Source: Escherichia coli | Lineage (GTDB): Bacteria > Pseudomonadota > Gammaproteobacteria > Enterobacterales > Enterobacteriaceae | Assembly: GCF_048403405.1 (NCBI RefSeq) | Contig: NZ_CP183129.1 | DNA length: 64,000 bases | Reading direction: 5' to 3' (one strand) | Shown: positions 44,296 to 57,641 of the stretch, one piece after another | Layout of the letters: every line of letters starts with the position of its first letter | How positions within the stretch are numbered: position 1 is the stretch's first letter | Program-made: the position numbers and the translations under genes | Notes under the pieces: model-generated | Databases searched by the model: none | The model's input: the letters and a program-made list of their open reading frames with translations, nothing else | Told to the model about the DNA's origin: nothing

Positions 44296-45813
44296 ATGTG
44301 CGGTATTGTCGGTATCGCCGGTGTTATGCCGGTTAACCAGTCGATTTATGATGCCTTAACGGTGCTTCAGCATCGCGGTCAGGATGCCGCCGGCATCATC
44401 ACCATAGATGCCAATAACTGCTTCCGTTTGCGTAAAGCGAACGGGCTGGTGAGCGATGTATTTGAAGCTCGCCATATGCAGCGTTTGCAGGGCAATATGG
44501 GCATTGGTCATGTGCGTTACCCTACGGCTGGCAGCTCCAGCGCCTCTGAAGCGCAGCCGTTTTACGTTAACTCTCCGTATGGCATTACGCTTGCCCACAA
44601 CGGCAATCTGACCAACGCTCACGAGTTGCGTAAAAAACTGTTTGAAGAAAAACGCCGCCACATCAACACCACTTCCGACTCGGAAATTCTGCTTAATATC
44701 TTCGCCAGCGAGCTGGACAACTTCCGCCACTACCCGCTGGAAGCCGACAATATTTTCGCTGCCATTGCTGCCACAAACCGCTTAATCCGCGGCGCGTATG
44801 CCTGCGTGGCGATGATTATCGGCCATGGTATGGTTGCTTTCCGCGATCCTAACGGGATTCGTCCGCTCGTACTGGGAAAACGTGATATTGACGAGAACCG
44901 CACAGAATATATGGTCGCTTCCGAAAGCGTTGCGCTCGATACACTAGGCTTTGATTTCCTGCGTGACGTCGCGCCGGGCGAAGCGATTTACATCACTGAA
45001 GAAGGGCAGTTGTTTACCCGTCAATGTGCTGACAATCCGGTCAGCAATCCGTGCCTGTTTGAGTATGTATACTTTGCTCGCCCGGACTCGTTCATCGACA
45101 AAATTTCCGTTTACAGCGCGCGTGTGAATATGGGCACGAAGCTGGGCGAGAAAATTGCCCGCGAATGGGAAGATCTGGATATCGACGTGGTGATCCCGAT
45201 CCCGGAAACCTCGTGTGATATCGCGCTGGAAATTGCTCGTATTCTGGGCAAACCGTACCGTCAGGGCTTCGTTAAAAACCGCTATGTAGGCCGTACCTTC
45301 ATCATGCCGGGTCAGCAACTGCGTCGTAAGTCCGTGCGCCGTAAACTGAACGCCAACCGCGCCGAGTTCCGCGATAAAAACGTCCTGCTGGTCGACGACT
45401 CCATCGTCCGTGGCACCACTTCTGAGCAGATTATCGAGATGGCACGCGAAGCCGGAGCGAAGAAAGTGTACCTCGCTTCTGCGGCACCGGAGATTCGCTT
45501 CCCGAACGTTTATGGTATTGATATGCCGAGCGCCACGGAACTGATTGCTCACGGTCGCGAAGTAGATGAAATTCGCCAGATCATCGGTGCTGACGGGTTG
45601 ATTTTCCAGGATCTGAACGATCTGATCGAAGCCGTTCGCGCTGAAAACCCGGATATTCAGCAGTTTGAGTGTTCGGTGTTCAACGGCGTCTACGTCACCA
45701 AGGATGTTGATCAGGGCTACCTCGATTTCCTCGATACGTTACGTAATGACGACGCCAAAGCAGTGCAACGTCAGAACGAAGTGGAAAATCTCGAAATGCA
45801 TAACGAAGGATGA
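44296..45813 (+). CDS. purF: amidophosphoribosyltransferase
   Basis: [34 protein letters not shown]..., 505 aa. Confidence 0.98.
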   Translation: MCGIVGIAGVMPVNQSIYDALTVLQHRGQDAAGIITIDANNCFRLRKANGLVSDVFEARHMQRLQGNMGIGHVRYPTAGSSSASEAQPFYVNSPYGITLAHNGNLTNAHELRKKLFEEKRRHINTTSDSEILLNIFASELDNFRHYPLEADNIFAAIAATNRLIRGAYACVAMIIGHGMVAFRDPNGIRPLVLGKRDIDENRTEYMVASESVALDTLGFDFLRDVAPGEAIYITEEGQLFTRQCADNPVSNPCLFEYVYFARPDSFIDKISVYSARVNMGTKLGEKIAREWEDLDIDVVIPIPETSCDIALEIARILGKPYRQGFVKNRYVGRTFIMPGQQLRRKSVRRKLNANRAEFRDKNVLLVDDSIVRGTTSEQIIEMAREAGAKKVYLASAAPEIRFPNVYGIDMPSATELIAHGREVDEIRQIIGADGLIFQDLNDLIEAVRAENPDIQQFECSVFNGVYVTKDVDQGYLDFLDTLRNDDAKAVQRQNEVENLEMHNEG

Positions 45814-45907
45814 TGCCTTCGCTCAGGGTGCCGGTCTGGCACCCTGACTTGCAACTCCCGCCGAAATCCTGCAAAGTCTGCCTGCAAGTCTGACAGGGCA
45901 ACTATTT

Positions 45908-46477
45908 ATGAAACGACTTATTGTGGGCATCAGCGGTGCCAGCGGCGCGATTTATGGCGTGCGCTTATTACAGGTTCTGCGCGATGTCGCAGATGTTGAA
46001 ACGCATCTGGTAATGAGCCAGGCCGCGCGCCAGACCTTATCTCTTGAAACGGATTTTTCCCTGCGCGAAGTGCAGGCATTAGCCGATGTGACGCACGATG
46101 CGCGCGATATTGCTGCCAGCATTTCTTCCGGTTCTTTCCAGACACTGGGGATGGTGATTTTACCCTGTTCAATCAAAACCCTGTCCGGCATTGTCCATAG
46201 CTATACTGATGGCTTACTGACCCGTGCGGCAGATGTGGTGCTGAAAGAGCGTCGCCCGTTGGTGCTCTGCGTACGTGAAACACCATTGCACTTAGGCCAT
46301 CTGCGTTTAATGACTCAGGCAGCAGAAATCGGTGCGGTGATTATGCCTCCCGTTCCGGCGTTTTATCATCGCCCGCAATCCCTTGATGATGTGATAAATC
46401 AGACGGTTAACCGTGTACTCGATCAATTCGCCATAACGCTTCCTGAAGATCTCTTTGCCCGCTGGCAGGGCGCATAA
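45908..46477 (+). CDS. ubiX: flavin prenyltransferase
   Basis: MKRLIVGISGASGAIYGVRLLQVLRD..., 189 aa. Confidence 0.97.
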   Translation: MKRLIVGISGASGAIYGVRLLQVLRDVADVETHLVMSQAARQTLSLETDFSLREVQALADVTHDARDIAASISSGSFQTLGMVILPCSIKTLSGIVHSYTDGLLTRAADVVLKERRPLVLCVRETPLHLGHLRLMTQAAEIGAVIMPPVPAFYHRPQSLDDVINQTVNRVLDQFAITLPEDLFARWQGA

Positions 46478-46742
46478 CTCCGCTGTTGCCCTGTTTCAGG
46501 GCAATTTTGCAACCGCGATCAAATCCTCGACATTTTGTTCCTTTCGATGAATCGAAACGCTGCGATTCAACCGCCATACCTGCTATCTTCAACTTCAGGA
46601 CAATAATGCAACGTCTTATTAACATATTTAACGTTGAATGTTACTGCTGTCGTAAAGATGGCATAAGACCTGCATGAAAGAGCCTGCAAACACACAACAC
46701 AATACACAACATAAAAAAGCCATTTTCACTTGAGGGTTATGT

Positions 46743-47525
46743 ATGAAGAAGTCGATTCTCGCTCTGTCTTTGTTAGTCGGTCTCTCCGCAGCGGCTTCCA
46801 GCTATGCGGCGCTACCGGAGACGGTACGTATCGGAACTGATACCACCTATGCGCCGTTCTCATCGAAAGATGCCAAAGGTGACTTTGTTGGCTTTGATAT
46901 CGATCTCGGTAACGAGATGTGCAAACGGATGCAGGTGAAATGTACCTGGGTTGCCAGTGACTTTGACGCGCTGATCCCCTCACTGAAAGCGAAAAAAATC
47001 GACGCCATTATTTCGTCGCTTTCCATTACCGATAAACGTCAGCAGGAGATTGCTTTCTCCGACAAGCTGTACGCCGCAGATTCTCGTTTGATTGCCGCCA
47101 AAGGTTCGCCGATTCAGCCAACGCTGGATTCACTGAAAGGTAAACATGTGGGTGTGCTGCAGGGATCAACCCAGGAAGCTTACGCTAACGAGACCTGGCG
47201 TAGCAAAGGCGTGGATGTGGTGGCCTATGCCAACCAGGATTTGGTCTATTCCGATCTGGCTGCAGGACGTCTGGATGCCGCACTGCAGGATGAAGTGGCG
47301 GCCAGCGAAGGTTTCCTCAAGCAACCAGCCGGTAAAGAGTTCGCTTTTGCTGGCTCATCAGTGAAAGACAAAAAATACTTCGGTGACGGTACCGGTGTAG
47401 GGCTACGTAAAGATGATGCCGAACTGACGGCTGCCTTCAATAAGGCGCTTGGCGAGCTGCGTCAGGACGGCACCTACGACAAGATGGCGAAAAAGTATTT
47501 TGACTTTAATGTCTACGGTGACTGA
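46743..47525 (+). CDS. argT: lysine/arginine/ornithine-binding periplasmic protein
   Basis: 260 aa with a signal peptide; paralogue of HisJ; synteny. Confidence 0.96.
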   Translation: MKKSILALSLLVGLSAAASSYAALPETVRIGTDTTYAPFSSKDAKGDFVGFDIDLGNEMCKRMQVKCTWVASDFDALIPSLKAKKIDAIISSLSITDKRQQEIAFSDKLYAADSRLIAAKGSPIQPTLDSLKGKHVGVLQGSTQEAYANETWRSKGVDVVAYANQDLVYSDLAAGRLDAALQDEVAASEGFLKQPAGKEFAFAGSSVKDKKYFGDGTGVGLRKDDAELTAAFNKALGELRQDGTYDKMAKKYFDFNVYGD

Positions 47526-47745
47526 TACGTCGCAGGGAAGCTGTACCTGATGGAATGATCATCATGGTGCACGCCAGGTTTGTTGCACTATCGTGGTGCA
47601 TTGAAATGCATACTTAAGCATTTTTAATGAAAAATAATACGTCTAACGGGGCGGGATATTTTGCCTTGATGGTCAATTTTATGGCACGATAAGTGTAACA
47701 AACCTGTAAATATTCCCTATAAAAAGACTGTCAGTTGAGGACATT

Positions 47746-48528
47746 ATGAAAAAACTGGTGCTATCGCTCTCTCTGGTTCTGGCCTTCTCCAGCGCAACTG
47801 CGGCATTTGCTGCGATTCCGCAAAACATCCGCATCGGTACCGACCCGACCTATGCGCCATTTGAATCAAAAAATTCACAAGGCGAACTGGTTGGCTTCGA
47901 TATCGATCTGGCGAAGGAGTTGTGCAAGCGCATCAATACGCAATGTACGTTTGTCGAAAACCCACTGGATGCGTTAATCCCGTCCTTAAAAGCGAAGAAG
48001 ATTGACGCCATCATGTCATCGCTTTCCATTACGGAAAAACGTCAGCAAGAAATAGCCTTCACCGACAAACTGTACGCTGCCGATTCTCGTCTGGTGGTGG
48101 CGAAAAATTCCGACATTCAGCCGACAGTCGAGTCGCTGAAAGGCAAACGGGTAGGCGTATTGCAGGGCACCACCCAGGAGACGTTCGGTAACGAACACTG
48201 GGCACCAAAAGGCATTGAAATCGTCTCTTATCAGGGGCAGGACAACATTTATTCTGACCTGACTGCCGGACGTATTGATGCCGCGTTCCAGGATGAGGTC
48301 GCTGCCAGCGAAGGTTTCCTCAAACAACCCGTCGGTAAAGATTACAAATTCGGTGGCCCGTCTGTTAAAGATGAAAAACTGTTTGGCGTAGGGACCGGCA
48401 TGGGCCTGCGTAAAGAAGATAACGAACTGCGCGAGGCTCTGAACAAAGCCTTTGCCGAAATGCGCGCTGACGGTACTTACGAGAAATTAGCGAAAAAGTA
48501 CTTCGATTTTGATGTTTATGGTGGTTAA
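47746..48528 (+). CDS. hisJ: histidine-binding periplasmic protein
   Basis: 260 aa; synteny with hisQMP. Confidence 0.96.
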   Translation: MKKLVLSLSLVLAFSSATAAFAAIPQNIRIGTDPTYAPFESKNSQGELVGFDIDLAKELCKRINTQCTFVENPLDALIPSLKAKKIDAIMSSLSITEKRQQEIAFTDKLYAADSRLVVAKNSDIQPTVESLKGKRVGVLQGTTQETFGNEHWAPKGIEIVSYQGQDNIYSDLTAGRIDAAFQDEVAASEGFLKQPVGKDYKFGGPSVKDEKLFGVGTGMGLRKEDNELREALNKAFAEMRADGTYEKLAKKYFDFDVYGG

Positions 48529-48617
48529 TCGCCATCGGTGAAAGAAAGTCCGCTCCCTTCGGGTAACCGGAGGGAGACAAGAGGCGGTAATTCACCACAC
48601 ACGACAGGACAGGCAGC

Positions 48618-49304
48618 ATGTTGTATGGGTTTTCAGGTGTTATTTTACAGGGGGCGCTCGTCACGCTGGAGCTGGCTATCAGCTCTGTAGTGCTCGCTGT
48701 AATCATCGGTTTAATTGGCGCTGGCGGTAAGCTCTCGCAAAATCGGCTTTCGGGGCTGATTTTCGAAGGGTACACCACGCTGATTCGAGGCGTGCCGGAC
48801 TTGGTGTTGATGCTGCTAATTTTCTACGGTTTGCAGATTGCACTAAACACGGTGACGGAGGCGATGGGCGTCGGGCAGATTGATATTGATCCGATGGTCG
48901 CAGGTATTATCACTCTCGGTTTTATCTACGGTGCTTACTTTACCGAAACGTTCCGTGGCGCGTTTATGGCTGTGCCGAAAGGGCATATAGAGGCGGCGAC
49001 GGCGTTCGGTTTTACTCGTGGGCAAGTGTTTCGGCGGATCATGTTTCCGGCGATGATGCGTTACGCCCTGCCAGGCATTGGCAACAACTGGCAGGTGATC
49101 CTCAAATCTACCGCTCTGGTTTCGTTACTTGGCCTGGAAGATGTGGTCAAAGCCACGCAGCTGGCAGGCAAAAGTACCTGGGAACCGTTCTATTTCGCCA
49201 TCGTCTGTGGCGTGATTTACCTGGTTTTCACCACTGTTTCCAATGGTGTGCTGCTGTTCCTTGAGCGCCGCTACTCCGTGGGTGTGAAGAGGGCTGACCT
49301 GTGA
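48618..49304 (+). CDS. hisQ: histidine ABC transporter permease
   Basis: 228 aa. Confidence 0.96.
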   Translation: MLYGFSGVILQGALVTLELAISSVVLAVIIGLIGAGGKLSQNRLSGLIFEGYTTLIRGVPDLVLMLLIFYGLQIALNTVTEAMGVGQIDIDPMVAGIITLGFIYGAYFTETFRGAFMAVPKGHIEAATAFGFTRGQVFRRIMFPAMMRYALPGIGNNWQVILKSTALVSLLGLEDVVKATQLAGKSTWEPFYFAIVCGVIYLVFTTVSNGVLLFLERRYSVGVKRADL

Positions 49305-50017
49305 TCGAAATCTTACATGAATACTGGAAACCGTTGTTGTGGACCGACGGTTATCGCTTTACTGGCGTGGCGATCACTCTGTGGCTGCTTATTTTGTCGG
49401 TAGTGATAGGCGGAGTTCTGGCGCTGTTTCTGGCGATTGGTCGCGTCTCAAGTAATAAATACATCCAGTTTCCAATCTGGTTATTTACCTATATTTTTCG
49501 CGGTACGCCGCTGTATGTTCAGTTGCTGGTGTTCTATTCTGGCATGTATACGCTGGAGATTGTTAAGGGGACCGAGTTCCTTAACGCCTTTTTTCGCAGT
49601 GGCCTGAACTGTACCGTGCTGGCGCTGACGCTTAACACCTGTGCTTACACCACCGAGATTTTTGCCGGAGCGATCCGTTCAGTGCCGCATGGGGAAATCG
49701 AAGCCGCCAGAGCCTATGGCTTCTCGACCTTTAAAATGTATCGCTGCATTATTTTGCCTTCTGCGCTGCGTATTGCGTTACCGGCATACAGCAACGAAGT
49801 GATCCTGATGCTGCACTCTACTGCGTTGGCATTTACTGCCACGGTGCCGGATCTGCTGAAAATAGCCCGCGATATTAACGCCGCCACGTATCAACCTTTT
49901 ACCGCCTTCGGCATTGCCGCGGTGCTCTATTTAATCATCTCTTATGTCCTGATCAGCCTCTTTCGCAGAGCGGAAAAACGCTGGTTGCAGCATGTGAAAC
50001 CTTCTTCAACGCACTGA
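49301..50017 (+). CDS. hisM: histidine ABC transporter permease
   Basis: 238 aa; 4-nt overlap with hisQ. Confidence 0.96.
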   Translation: MIEILHEYWKPLLWTDGYRFTGVAITLWLLILSVVIGGVLALFLAIGRVSSNKYIQFPIWLFTYIFRGTPLYVQLLVFYSGMYTLEIVKGTEFLNAFFRSGLNCTVLALTLNTCAYTTEIFAGAIRSVPHGEIEAARAYGFSTFKMYRCIILPSALRIALPAYSNEVILMLHSTALAFTATVPDLLKIARDINAATYQPFTAFGIAAVLYLIISYVLISLFRRAEKRWLQHVKPSSTH

Positions 50018-50024
50018 GAATACG

Positions 50025-50798
50025 ATGTCCGAGAATAAATTAAACGTTATCGATTTGCACAAACGCTACGGCGAACACGAAGTGCTGAAAGGGGTTTCAC
50101 TGCAAGCGAATGCCGGAGATGTAATTAGCATCATCGGATCGTCGGGATCGGGGAAAAGTACCTTTCTGCGCTGCATTAACTTCCTCGAAAAACCGAGCGA
50201 AGGATCGATCGTGGTCAATGGCCAGACGATCAATCTGGTGCGCGACAAAGATGGTCAACTCAAAGTCGCCGATAAAAATCAGCTGCGCTTACTGCGCACA
50301 CGCCTGACGATGGTATTCCAGCACTTCAATCTCTGGAGCCATATGACGGTGCTGGAAAACGTCATGGAAGCGCCGATTCAGGTGTTGGGCCTGAGCAAGC
50401 AGGAAGCGCGCGAGCGGGCGGTGAAGTATCTGGCAAAAGTCGGGATAGACGAGCGTGCGCAGGGGAAATATCCGGTGCATCTTTCCGGCGGTCAGCAACA
50501 GCGTGTTTCCATCGCAAGGGCGCTGGCAATGGAACCGGAAGTTTTACTATTTGATGAACCTACCTCGGCGCTCGATCCTGAACTGGTAGGCGAAGTGTTA
50601 CGTATTATGCAGCAACTGGCAGAAGAGGGGAAAACCATGGTGGTAGTGACTCACGAAATGGGCTTTGCTCGCCATGTTTCTACTCACGTCATTTTCCTCC
50701 ATCAGGGGAAAATAGAAGAAGAGGGCGCGCCAGAACAGTTATTCGGTAACCCGCAAAGTCCTCGTCTGCAACAGTTCCTTAAAGGTTCGCTGAAATAA
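50025..50798 (+). CDS. hisP: histidine ABC transporter ATPase
   Basis: Walker [10 protein letters not shown] and signature LSGGQQQR; 257 aa. Confidence 0.97.
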   Translation: MSENKLNVIDLHKRYGEHEVLKGVSLQANAGDVISIIGSSGSGKSTFLRCINFLEKPSEGSIVVNGQTINLVRDKDGQLKVADKNQLRLLRTRLTMVFQHFNLWSHMTVLENVMEAPIQVLGLSKQEARERAVKYLAKVGIDERAQGKYPVHLSGGQQQRVSIARALAMEPEVLLFDEPTSALDPELVGEVLRIMQQLAEEGKTMVVVTHEMGFARHVSTHVIFLHQGKIEEEGAPEQLFGNPQSPRLQQFLKGSLK

Positions 50799-50993
50799 TT
50801 TCCTCTCCGGTGGCTAACGCTGCCGGAGTATTTCATGGGGAATTTGCGAGTCCGCTTCCGCTGAAATGTAAAAGTTGCAGTCCGCTAAAAATAGTTCTGA
50901 ATTCGCTGTCCAAAGATAAAAACTGCCTGCTGCATTGGGTGTAAATCGTGGTTATTGTCGCGTCATCTTAAATTTGAGGGGTGACGGAACGCC

Positions 50994-51884
50994 ATGACAA
51001 TATCGACAACTTCCACGCCGCATGATGCGGTATTTAAATCTTTTTTACGCCATCCAGACACCGCGCGGGATTTTATTGATATTCATCTTCCCGCGCCGCT
51101 GCGCAAACTGTGTGATTTAACAACACTTAAACTGGAACCAAACAGTTTTATTGATGAAGACCTGCGGCAATATTATTCCGACCTCTTGTGGTCTGTGAAA
51201 ACGCAGGAGGGAGCGGGTTATATTTATGTGGTGATAGAGCACCAAAGTAAGCCAGAGGAATTAATGGCTTTTCGCATGATGCGCTATTCCATTGCGGCGA
51301 TGCAAAACCATCTTGATGCGGGCTATAAAGAGCTTCCATTAGTGATCCCGATGCTGTTTTATCATGGTTGCAGAAGCCCTTATCCATATTCACTCTGCTG
51401 GCTTGATGAATTTGCCGAGCCTGCGATTGCCCGCCAAATTTATTCATCGGCTTTTCCGCTGGTGGATATTACCGTGGTGCCGGATGACGAGATTATGCAA
51501 CATCGCAAAATGGCGCTGTTGGAGTTAATTCAGAAACATATTCGTCAGCGCGATCTGTTGGGATTAGTCGACCAAATTGTTTCGCTGCTAGTTACAGGGA
51601 ACACTAATGACAGACAGCTAAAAGCCCTGTTTAATTACGTATTACAAACGGGGGATGCCCAGCGTTTCCGTGCATTTATTGGTGAGATAGCGGAACGCGC
51701 ACCACAAGAAAAGGAGAAACTGATGACTATTGCTGACAGATTACGTGAAGAAGGCGCAATGCAGGGCAAACACGAAGAAGCCCTGCGTATTGCTCAGGAG
51801 ATGCTGGAAAAAGGATTTGACTACGAAGTCATCCTGACGCTGACCCGACTTTCGCCAGACGATCTTATCGCGCAAAACCACTAA
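50994..51884 (+). CDS. rpnB: Rpn-family recombination-promoting nuclease (PD-(D/E)xK, transposase_31-like)
   Basis: 296 aa, [33 protein letters not shown]... (YfcI of K-12). Confidence 0.9.
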   Translation: MTISTTSTPHDAVFKSFLRHPDTARDFIDIHLPAPLRKLCDLTTLKLEPNSFIDEDLRQYYSDLLWSVKTQEGAGYIYVVIEHQSKPEELMAFRMMRYSIAAMQNHLDAGYKELPLVIPMLFYHGCRSPYPYSLCWLDEFAEPAIARQIYSSAFPLVDITVVPDDEIMQHRKMALLELIQKHIRQRDLLGLVDQIVSLLVTGNTNDRQLKALFNYVLQTGDAQRFRAFIGEIAERAPQEKEKLMTIADRLREEGAMQGKHEEALRIAQEMLEKGFDYEVILTLTRLSPDDLIAQNH

Positions 51885-51931
51885 TCCTGTAACACCGGGA
51901 ATTAACTGGCGGATGTTTGCAGTAGACCACA

Positions 51932-52825
51932 TCAGCGAACAACATCCGCCAGCGCCTCTTCTAAATCGTACCAGCGAAACGCAAAACCCGCTTCTTCCAA
52001 CCGTTTAGGCAAGGCGCGTTGACCGCCTAATACCAGTACTGAAGATTCGCCCATTAACAGTCGAATAGCGGTCGCGGGGACGCGCAAAATGGCCGGGCGA
52101 TGCAGCGCATGACCGAGCGCATGGGCAAATTGTTCATTGCGTACCGGGTAGGGCGAAACCATATTAAATGGCCCGCGCAGCTCGTTATCGAGCAGCCAGA
52201 GAATGCCGTTGACCATATCATCAATATGAATCCAGGCCAGATACTGCCGACCGGAACCAATCGGCCCGCCCAGGCCAAGACGAAACGGCGGCAGCATTTT
52301 ACCGAGAATACCGCCATCCGGTGCCAGCACTACGCCGGTACGCAGCAGGCACACTCGCGTTTTGTCACTTTGTGCCCGACAGGCAATTTCTTCCCAGCGG
52401 GCGCAGAGTTTATGAGTAAATTCGTTATGCGGCGGTTCCTCTTCGGTAACCACCACTTCACCTAAGTCGCCATAATAGCCCGTTGCCGAGCCGGAAATGA
52501 GTACCGACGGCGGCGTGTCGCTGGCATTAATCAAATCGACCAGTTTTTGCGTGATATTCCAGCGGCTTTGGCAGAGACGCTCTTTTTGCTCGTGAGTCCA
52601 GCGTTTATCAGCAATCGGTTCTCCGGCCAGGTTGATTACCGCATCAACGCCGTTGAGGTTACTTTGATCGGCAAGCCCTTGCCATAGTGTCACCCGAGGG
52701 CCGAGAACGGAACTGGCTTTCTGCGGGTTACGCGTCACTACCGTGATTTGATGGCCCAGATCCAGCAAACGCGGAATCAAATGGCGACCAATTAATCCCG
52801 TCCCTCCGGTGATCACTATCTTCAT
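51932..52825 (-). CDS. yfcH: epimerase-family protein (SDR, DUF1731 C-terminus)
   Basis: [21 protein letters not shown]..., 297 aa. Confidence 0.93.
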   Translation of the reverse strand: MKIVITGGTGLIGRHLIPRLLDLGHQITVVTRNPQKASSVLGPRVTLWQGLADQSNLNGVDAVINLAGEPIADKRWTHEQKERLCQSRWNITQKLVDLINASDTPPSVLISGSATGYYGDLGEVVVTEEEPPHNEFTHKLCARWEEIACRAQSDKTRVCLLRTGVVLAPDGGILGKMLPPFRLGLGGPIGSGRQYLAWIHIDDMVNGILWLLDNELRGPFNMVSPYPVRNEQFAHALGHALHRPAILRVPATAIRLLMGESSVLVLGGQRALPKRLEEAGFAFRWYDLEEALADVVR

Positions 52826-52845
52826 GCAGCCTCCCGATATGGCGG

Positions 52846-53208
52846 TTAACGCTGCCAGCTTAAGGTCATGGATACCGAATCGGCGTAGCGCAGCGCGTGC
52901 AGTTTATCGATCTCCACTTCAGCATACGTCACCCAGTGATGTTCACGTGCGATATCGAGCACATTCTGAGTTAATTTTTCCAGCAAAGAGAAACGGTTAT
53001 TCTCTACATGCTGAATAATGTTTTTCGTTACGGTGCGATAATTCAGCGCATCGTTGATATCTTCGCTAGTGCGCGCTTTATCGGCGGGGTAGTGGATCGT
53101 CACATTGATAACAATATCCTGACGGTTGTTAATTTCTTCTTCCTTAATTCCGATAAACGTACGTAAACGAAGGTTCTTTATACGAATAATAGCGGCAGGT
53201 TGTGCCAT
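52846..53208 (-). CDS. folX: dihydroneopterin triphosphate 2'-epimerase
   Basis: 120 aa, [25 protein letters not shown]... Confidence 0.95.
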   Translation of the reverse strand: MAQPAAIIRIKNLRLRTFIGIKEEEINNRQDIVINVTIHYPADKARTSEDINDALNYRTVTKNIIQHVENNRFSLLEKLTQNVLDIAREHHWVTYAEVEIDKLHALRYADSVSMTLSWQR

Positions 53209-53264
53209 TGCAGGTTCTCCGTTGTTTTACTTAGAATGAAATAATACACGAGAACCTGTTTCTG

Positions 53265-54741
<1,477 letters not shown>

Positions 54742-54744
54742 TGA

Positions 54745-55299
54745 GTGATGAAACTGATGTTTGCATCGGACATTCATGGGTCGTTACCGGCGACGGAACG
54801 TGTTCTGGAGTTGTTTGCCCAAAGCGGTGCCCAGTGGCTGGTGATCCTTGGCGACGTGTTGAATCACGGCCCGCGTAATGCTTTACCGGAGGGTTACGCG
54901 CCAGCCAAAGTCGCTGAACGGCTTAATGAAGTGGCACATAAGGTTATCGCTGTGCGCGGCAACTGCGACAGCGAAGTGGATCAAATGCTGCTGCATTTCC
55001 CGATAACCGCGCCGTGGCAACAGGTATTACTGGAAAAACAACGTCTGTTTTTGACGCATGGTCATCTTTTTGGCCCGGAAAACCTACCTGCTTTAAACCA
55101 GAACGATGTGCTGGTGTACGGTCATACCCATCTGCCAGTGGCAGAACAGCGGGGGGAGATTTTCCACTTCAACCCCGGCTCGGTGAGTATTCCGAAAGGC
55201 GGTAATCCGGCGAGTTATGGCATGCTGGATAATGACGTACTTAGTGTAATCGCACTCAATGATCAAAGTATCATTGCGCAGGTCGCGATTAATCCGTAA
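54745..55299 (+). CDS. yfcE: Mn-dependent phosphodiesterase
   Basis: 184 aa with metallophosphoesterase motifs (DIHG, GDVLNHG, GNCD, GHTH). Confidence 0.95.
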   Translation: MMKLMFASDIHGSLPATERVLELFAQSGAQWLVILGDVLNHGPRNALPEGYAPAKVAERLNEVAHKVIAVRGNCDSEVDQMLLHFPITAPWQQVLLEKQRLFLTHGHLFGPENLPALNQNDVLVYGHTHLPVAEQRGEIFHFNPGSVSIPKGGNPASYGMLDNDVLSVIALNDQSIIAQVAINP

Positions 55300-55356
55300 T
55301 TTACCCACAACTCAAAATGCGCCGTAAGAGCGCCAGAAAAAGAAGGTTTCCTGATA

Positions 55357-55899
55357 ATGGAACAGCGTCGTTTGGCAAGTACTGAATGGGTGGATATTGT
55401 CAATGAAGAGAACGAAGTCATTGCACAAGCCAGCCGGGAACAAATGCGGGCACAGTGTCTGCGTCATCGTGCAACTTACATCGTCGTGCATGATGGCATG
55501 GGCAAAATTCTGGTCCAGCGTCGTACCGAGACAAAAGACTTTTTACCCGGCATGTTAGATGCGACCGCAGGCGGTGTGGTCCAGGCCGATGAGCAACTGC
55601 TGGAATCCGCGCGTCGCGAAGCGGAAGAAGAGTTGGGCATTGCCGGTGTCCCCTTTGCCGAGCACGGGCAGTTCTATTTCGAAGATAAAAATTGCCGTGT
55701 CTGGGGCGCGTTGTTCAGTTGCGTCTCTCACGGTCCCTTCGCCCTACAGGAAGATGAAGTCAGTGAAGTTTGCTGGTTGACGCCGGAAGAAATCACCGCA
55801 CGCTGCGATGAGTTCACTCCAGACTCGCTGAAAGCGCTGGCGTTGTGGATGAAGCGCAATGCCAAAAATGAAGCCGTAGAGACTGAAACGGCAGAATGA
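55357..55899 (+). CDS. yfcD: Nudix hydrolase
   Basis: 180 aa with a Nudix box ([24 protein letters not shown]). Confidence 0.95.
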
Positions 55900-55931
55900 A
55901 AAAAGAGCCGCAATTGCGGCTCTTAACATTT

Positions 55932-57452
55932 TTAGTGGTAGCCCATCAACTGAGCGCCGATCACTACGACGCTGGACATAATAAACAGCAGTCCAAGCAG
56001 GGTCGCGCCCACCTTCAGCCAGTTACGGAAGTCCACCCGGCACACACCGAGCGTCGCCATTAACGAAGCTGAGGTTGGGTAAATGATGTGGCTGAAGCCA
56101 TCACCAAACTGGAACGCCAGCACGGTAACCTGACGGTTAACACCGACCAGATCGCCAAGCGGTGCCAGTAACGGCATGGTTAACGCCGCCTGACCAGAAC
56201 CGGACGTCACGAAGAAATTAAATACTGCCTGGAAGAGCAACATAAACCAGGCCGCGACCGCATTGTCCAGACCGCTAATGGCATTGGCAATGCTGTTGAG
56301 GATGGTATTTAACACGCTGGCATCACCCGCTTCACCATTACCGACCAGCAGCAAAATCCCTTTGGCGAAACCCACCAGCAGGGCAGGGGCGATCATCATT
56401 CGCGCCCCTTCGGTAAAGGATGAAGCCATGGTATTAACCGTCATGCCGTTAAGGCGGAAAACAACGCCGATGATGCCAATCACCAGACCCATGGTGAAGA
56501 ACTGGCTGGCAATTTCTGGAATAAACCAGGCATTAACGATCACGCCCCAAATCACCCAGACCATTACGGCGGTCAGGACAATCAATACCAGCCAGTCACC
56601 AAAGGTAAACGGACGTTGTTCAACATCCGCCTGCTTTTCACGAAAGAAGCGGTCGGACTCATGCACGCGTGACAGAAGAGGATTCTTTTTCACTCGTGAG
56701 GCGTACACCATGGTAAAGATCAGGCCAATCAGAGTGGCGATAACCCACACCACGATGCGCAACCCGGAGCCAGAAAGCACCGGAACGCCGGCAATCCCCT
56801 GAGCAACAACCACACAAAACGGGTTCATCCACGAACTGGCAAAACCGATTTGCGTGGCGATATAGGTCACCAGGACGGTGGTAATACTGTCATAGCCTAG
56901 CCGGACCATTAGCGGTGCGATGATAATGGCAAAGGCGACGGCCTCTTCTCCCATACCAAATACCGCGCCGCCAAGTGAAAACAGAATAAAGAGCGCAGGA
57001 ATAAAGAGAATTTCATTTCCGCGGGTATGGCGAATAAGCGCCAGGATACCGTTATCAATGGTTCCTGTACGCATCACAATGCCAAACGCGCCGCCAATCA
57101 CCAGCATAAACATGATGATGCCAACGGCTGTCCCGTATTTCGATCCTGAGGTTAACCCTTCAAACGGGAAGTTCATCAGACCCGGGCGTTCATCGCCCGT
57201 CGTGAACAGCTGTACGCGGTGATACTCAGGTTCGCCTGCTTCGTTAGTCAGAATGCGAAAAGAGTGTGGATCTACGACTTTGCGAGTTTTTGTTTGACCA
57301 TCAACCTGATACTGCACTTCCTGACTGTCAAACATCCCCACCGGAACTACCCAGGTGGCAAGGCTGGTTAAAATAGCAACAAAAAAGATAATCACCAACG
57401 TATCGGGCATTGCCCATCTTCTTGTTGGTTTAGATTCAGTGATTGCGGACAT
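55932..57452 (-). CDS. yfcC: C4-dicarboxylate-anaerobic-carrier-family inner membrane protein
   Basis: Trimmed to ATG 57452 (MSAITESKPTRRWAMPDTLVIIFF...). Confidence 0.93.
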   Translation of the reverse strand: MSAITESKPTRRWAMPDTLVIIFFVAILTSLATWVVPVGMFDSQEVQYQVDGQTKTRKVVDPHSFRILTNEAGEPEYHRVQLFTTGDERPGLMNFPFEGLTSGSKYGTAVGIIMFMLVIGGAFGIVMRTGTIDNGILALIRHTRGNEILFIPALFILFSLGGAVFGMGEEAVAFAIIIAPLMVRLGYDSITTVLVTYIATQIGFASSWMNPFCVVVAQGIAGVPVLSGSGLRIVVWVIATLIGLIFTMVYASRVKKNPLLSRVHESDRFFREKQADVEQRPFTFGDWLVLIVLTAVMVWVIWGVIVNAWFIPEIASQFFTMGLVIGIIGVVFRLNGMTVNTMASSFTEGARMMIAPALLVGFAKGILLLVGNGEAGDASVLNTILNSIANAISGLDNAVAAWFMLLFQAVFNFFVTSGSGQAALTMPLLAPLGDLVGVNRQVTVLAFQFGDGFSHIIYPTSASLMATLGVCRVDFRNWLKVGATLLGLLFIMSSVVVIGAQLMGYH

Positions 57453-57570
57453 AGCGCAAATATTCCCTTGCACAAAACAAAGTGGTAAGTATGCAAAGTG
57501 AGATGGCGCAATTCATTGATGCAGCGCAGCTAAGCAAGATAATCAGAAAGGATTAATGCAAATTAAGAGA

Positions 57571-57603
57571 ATAAAAAACCGGAAATAGTGACTATTTCCG
57601 GTT
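57571..57603 (-). terminator. pta terminator
   Basis: The minus strand reads AACCGGAAATAG-TCA-CTATTTCCGGTT followed by TTTTTTAT. Confidence 0.7.
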
Positions 57604-57641
57604 CAGATATCCGCAGCGCAAAGCTGCGGATGATGACGAGA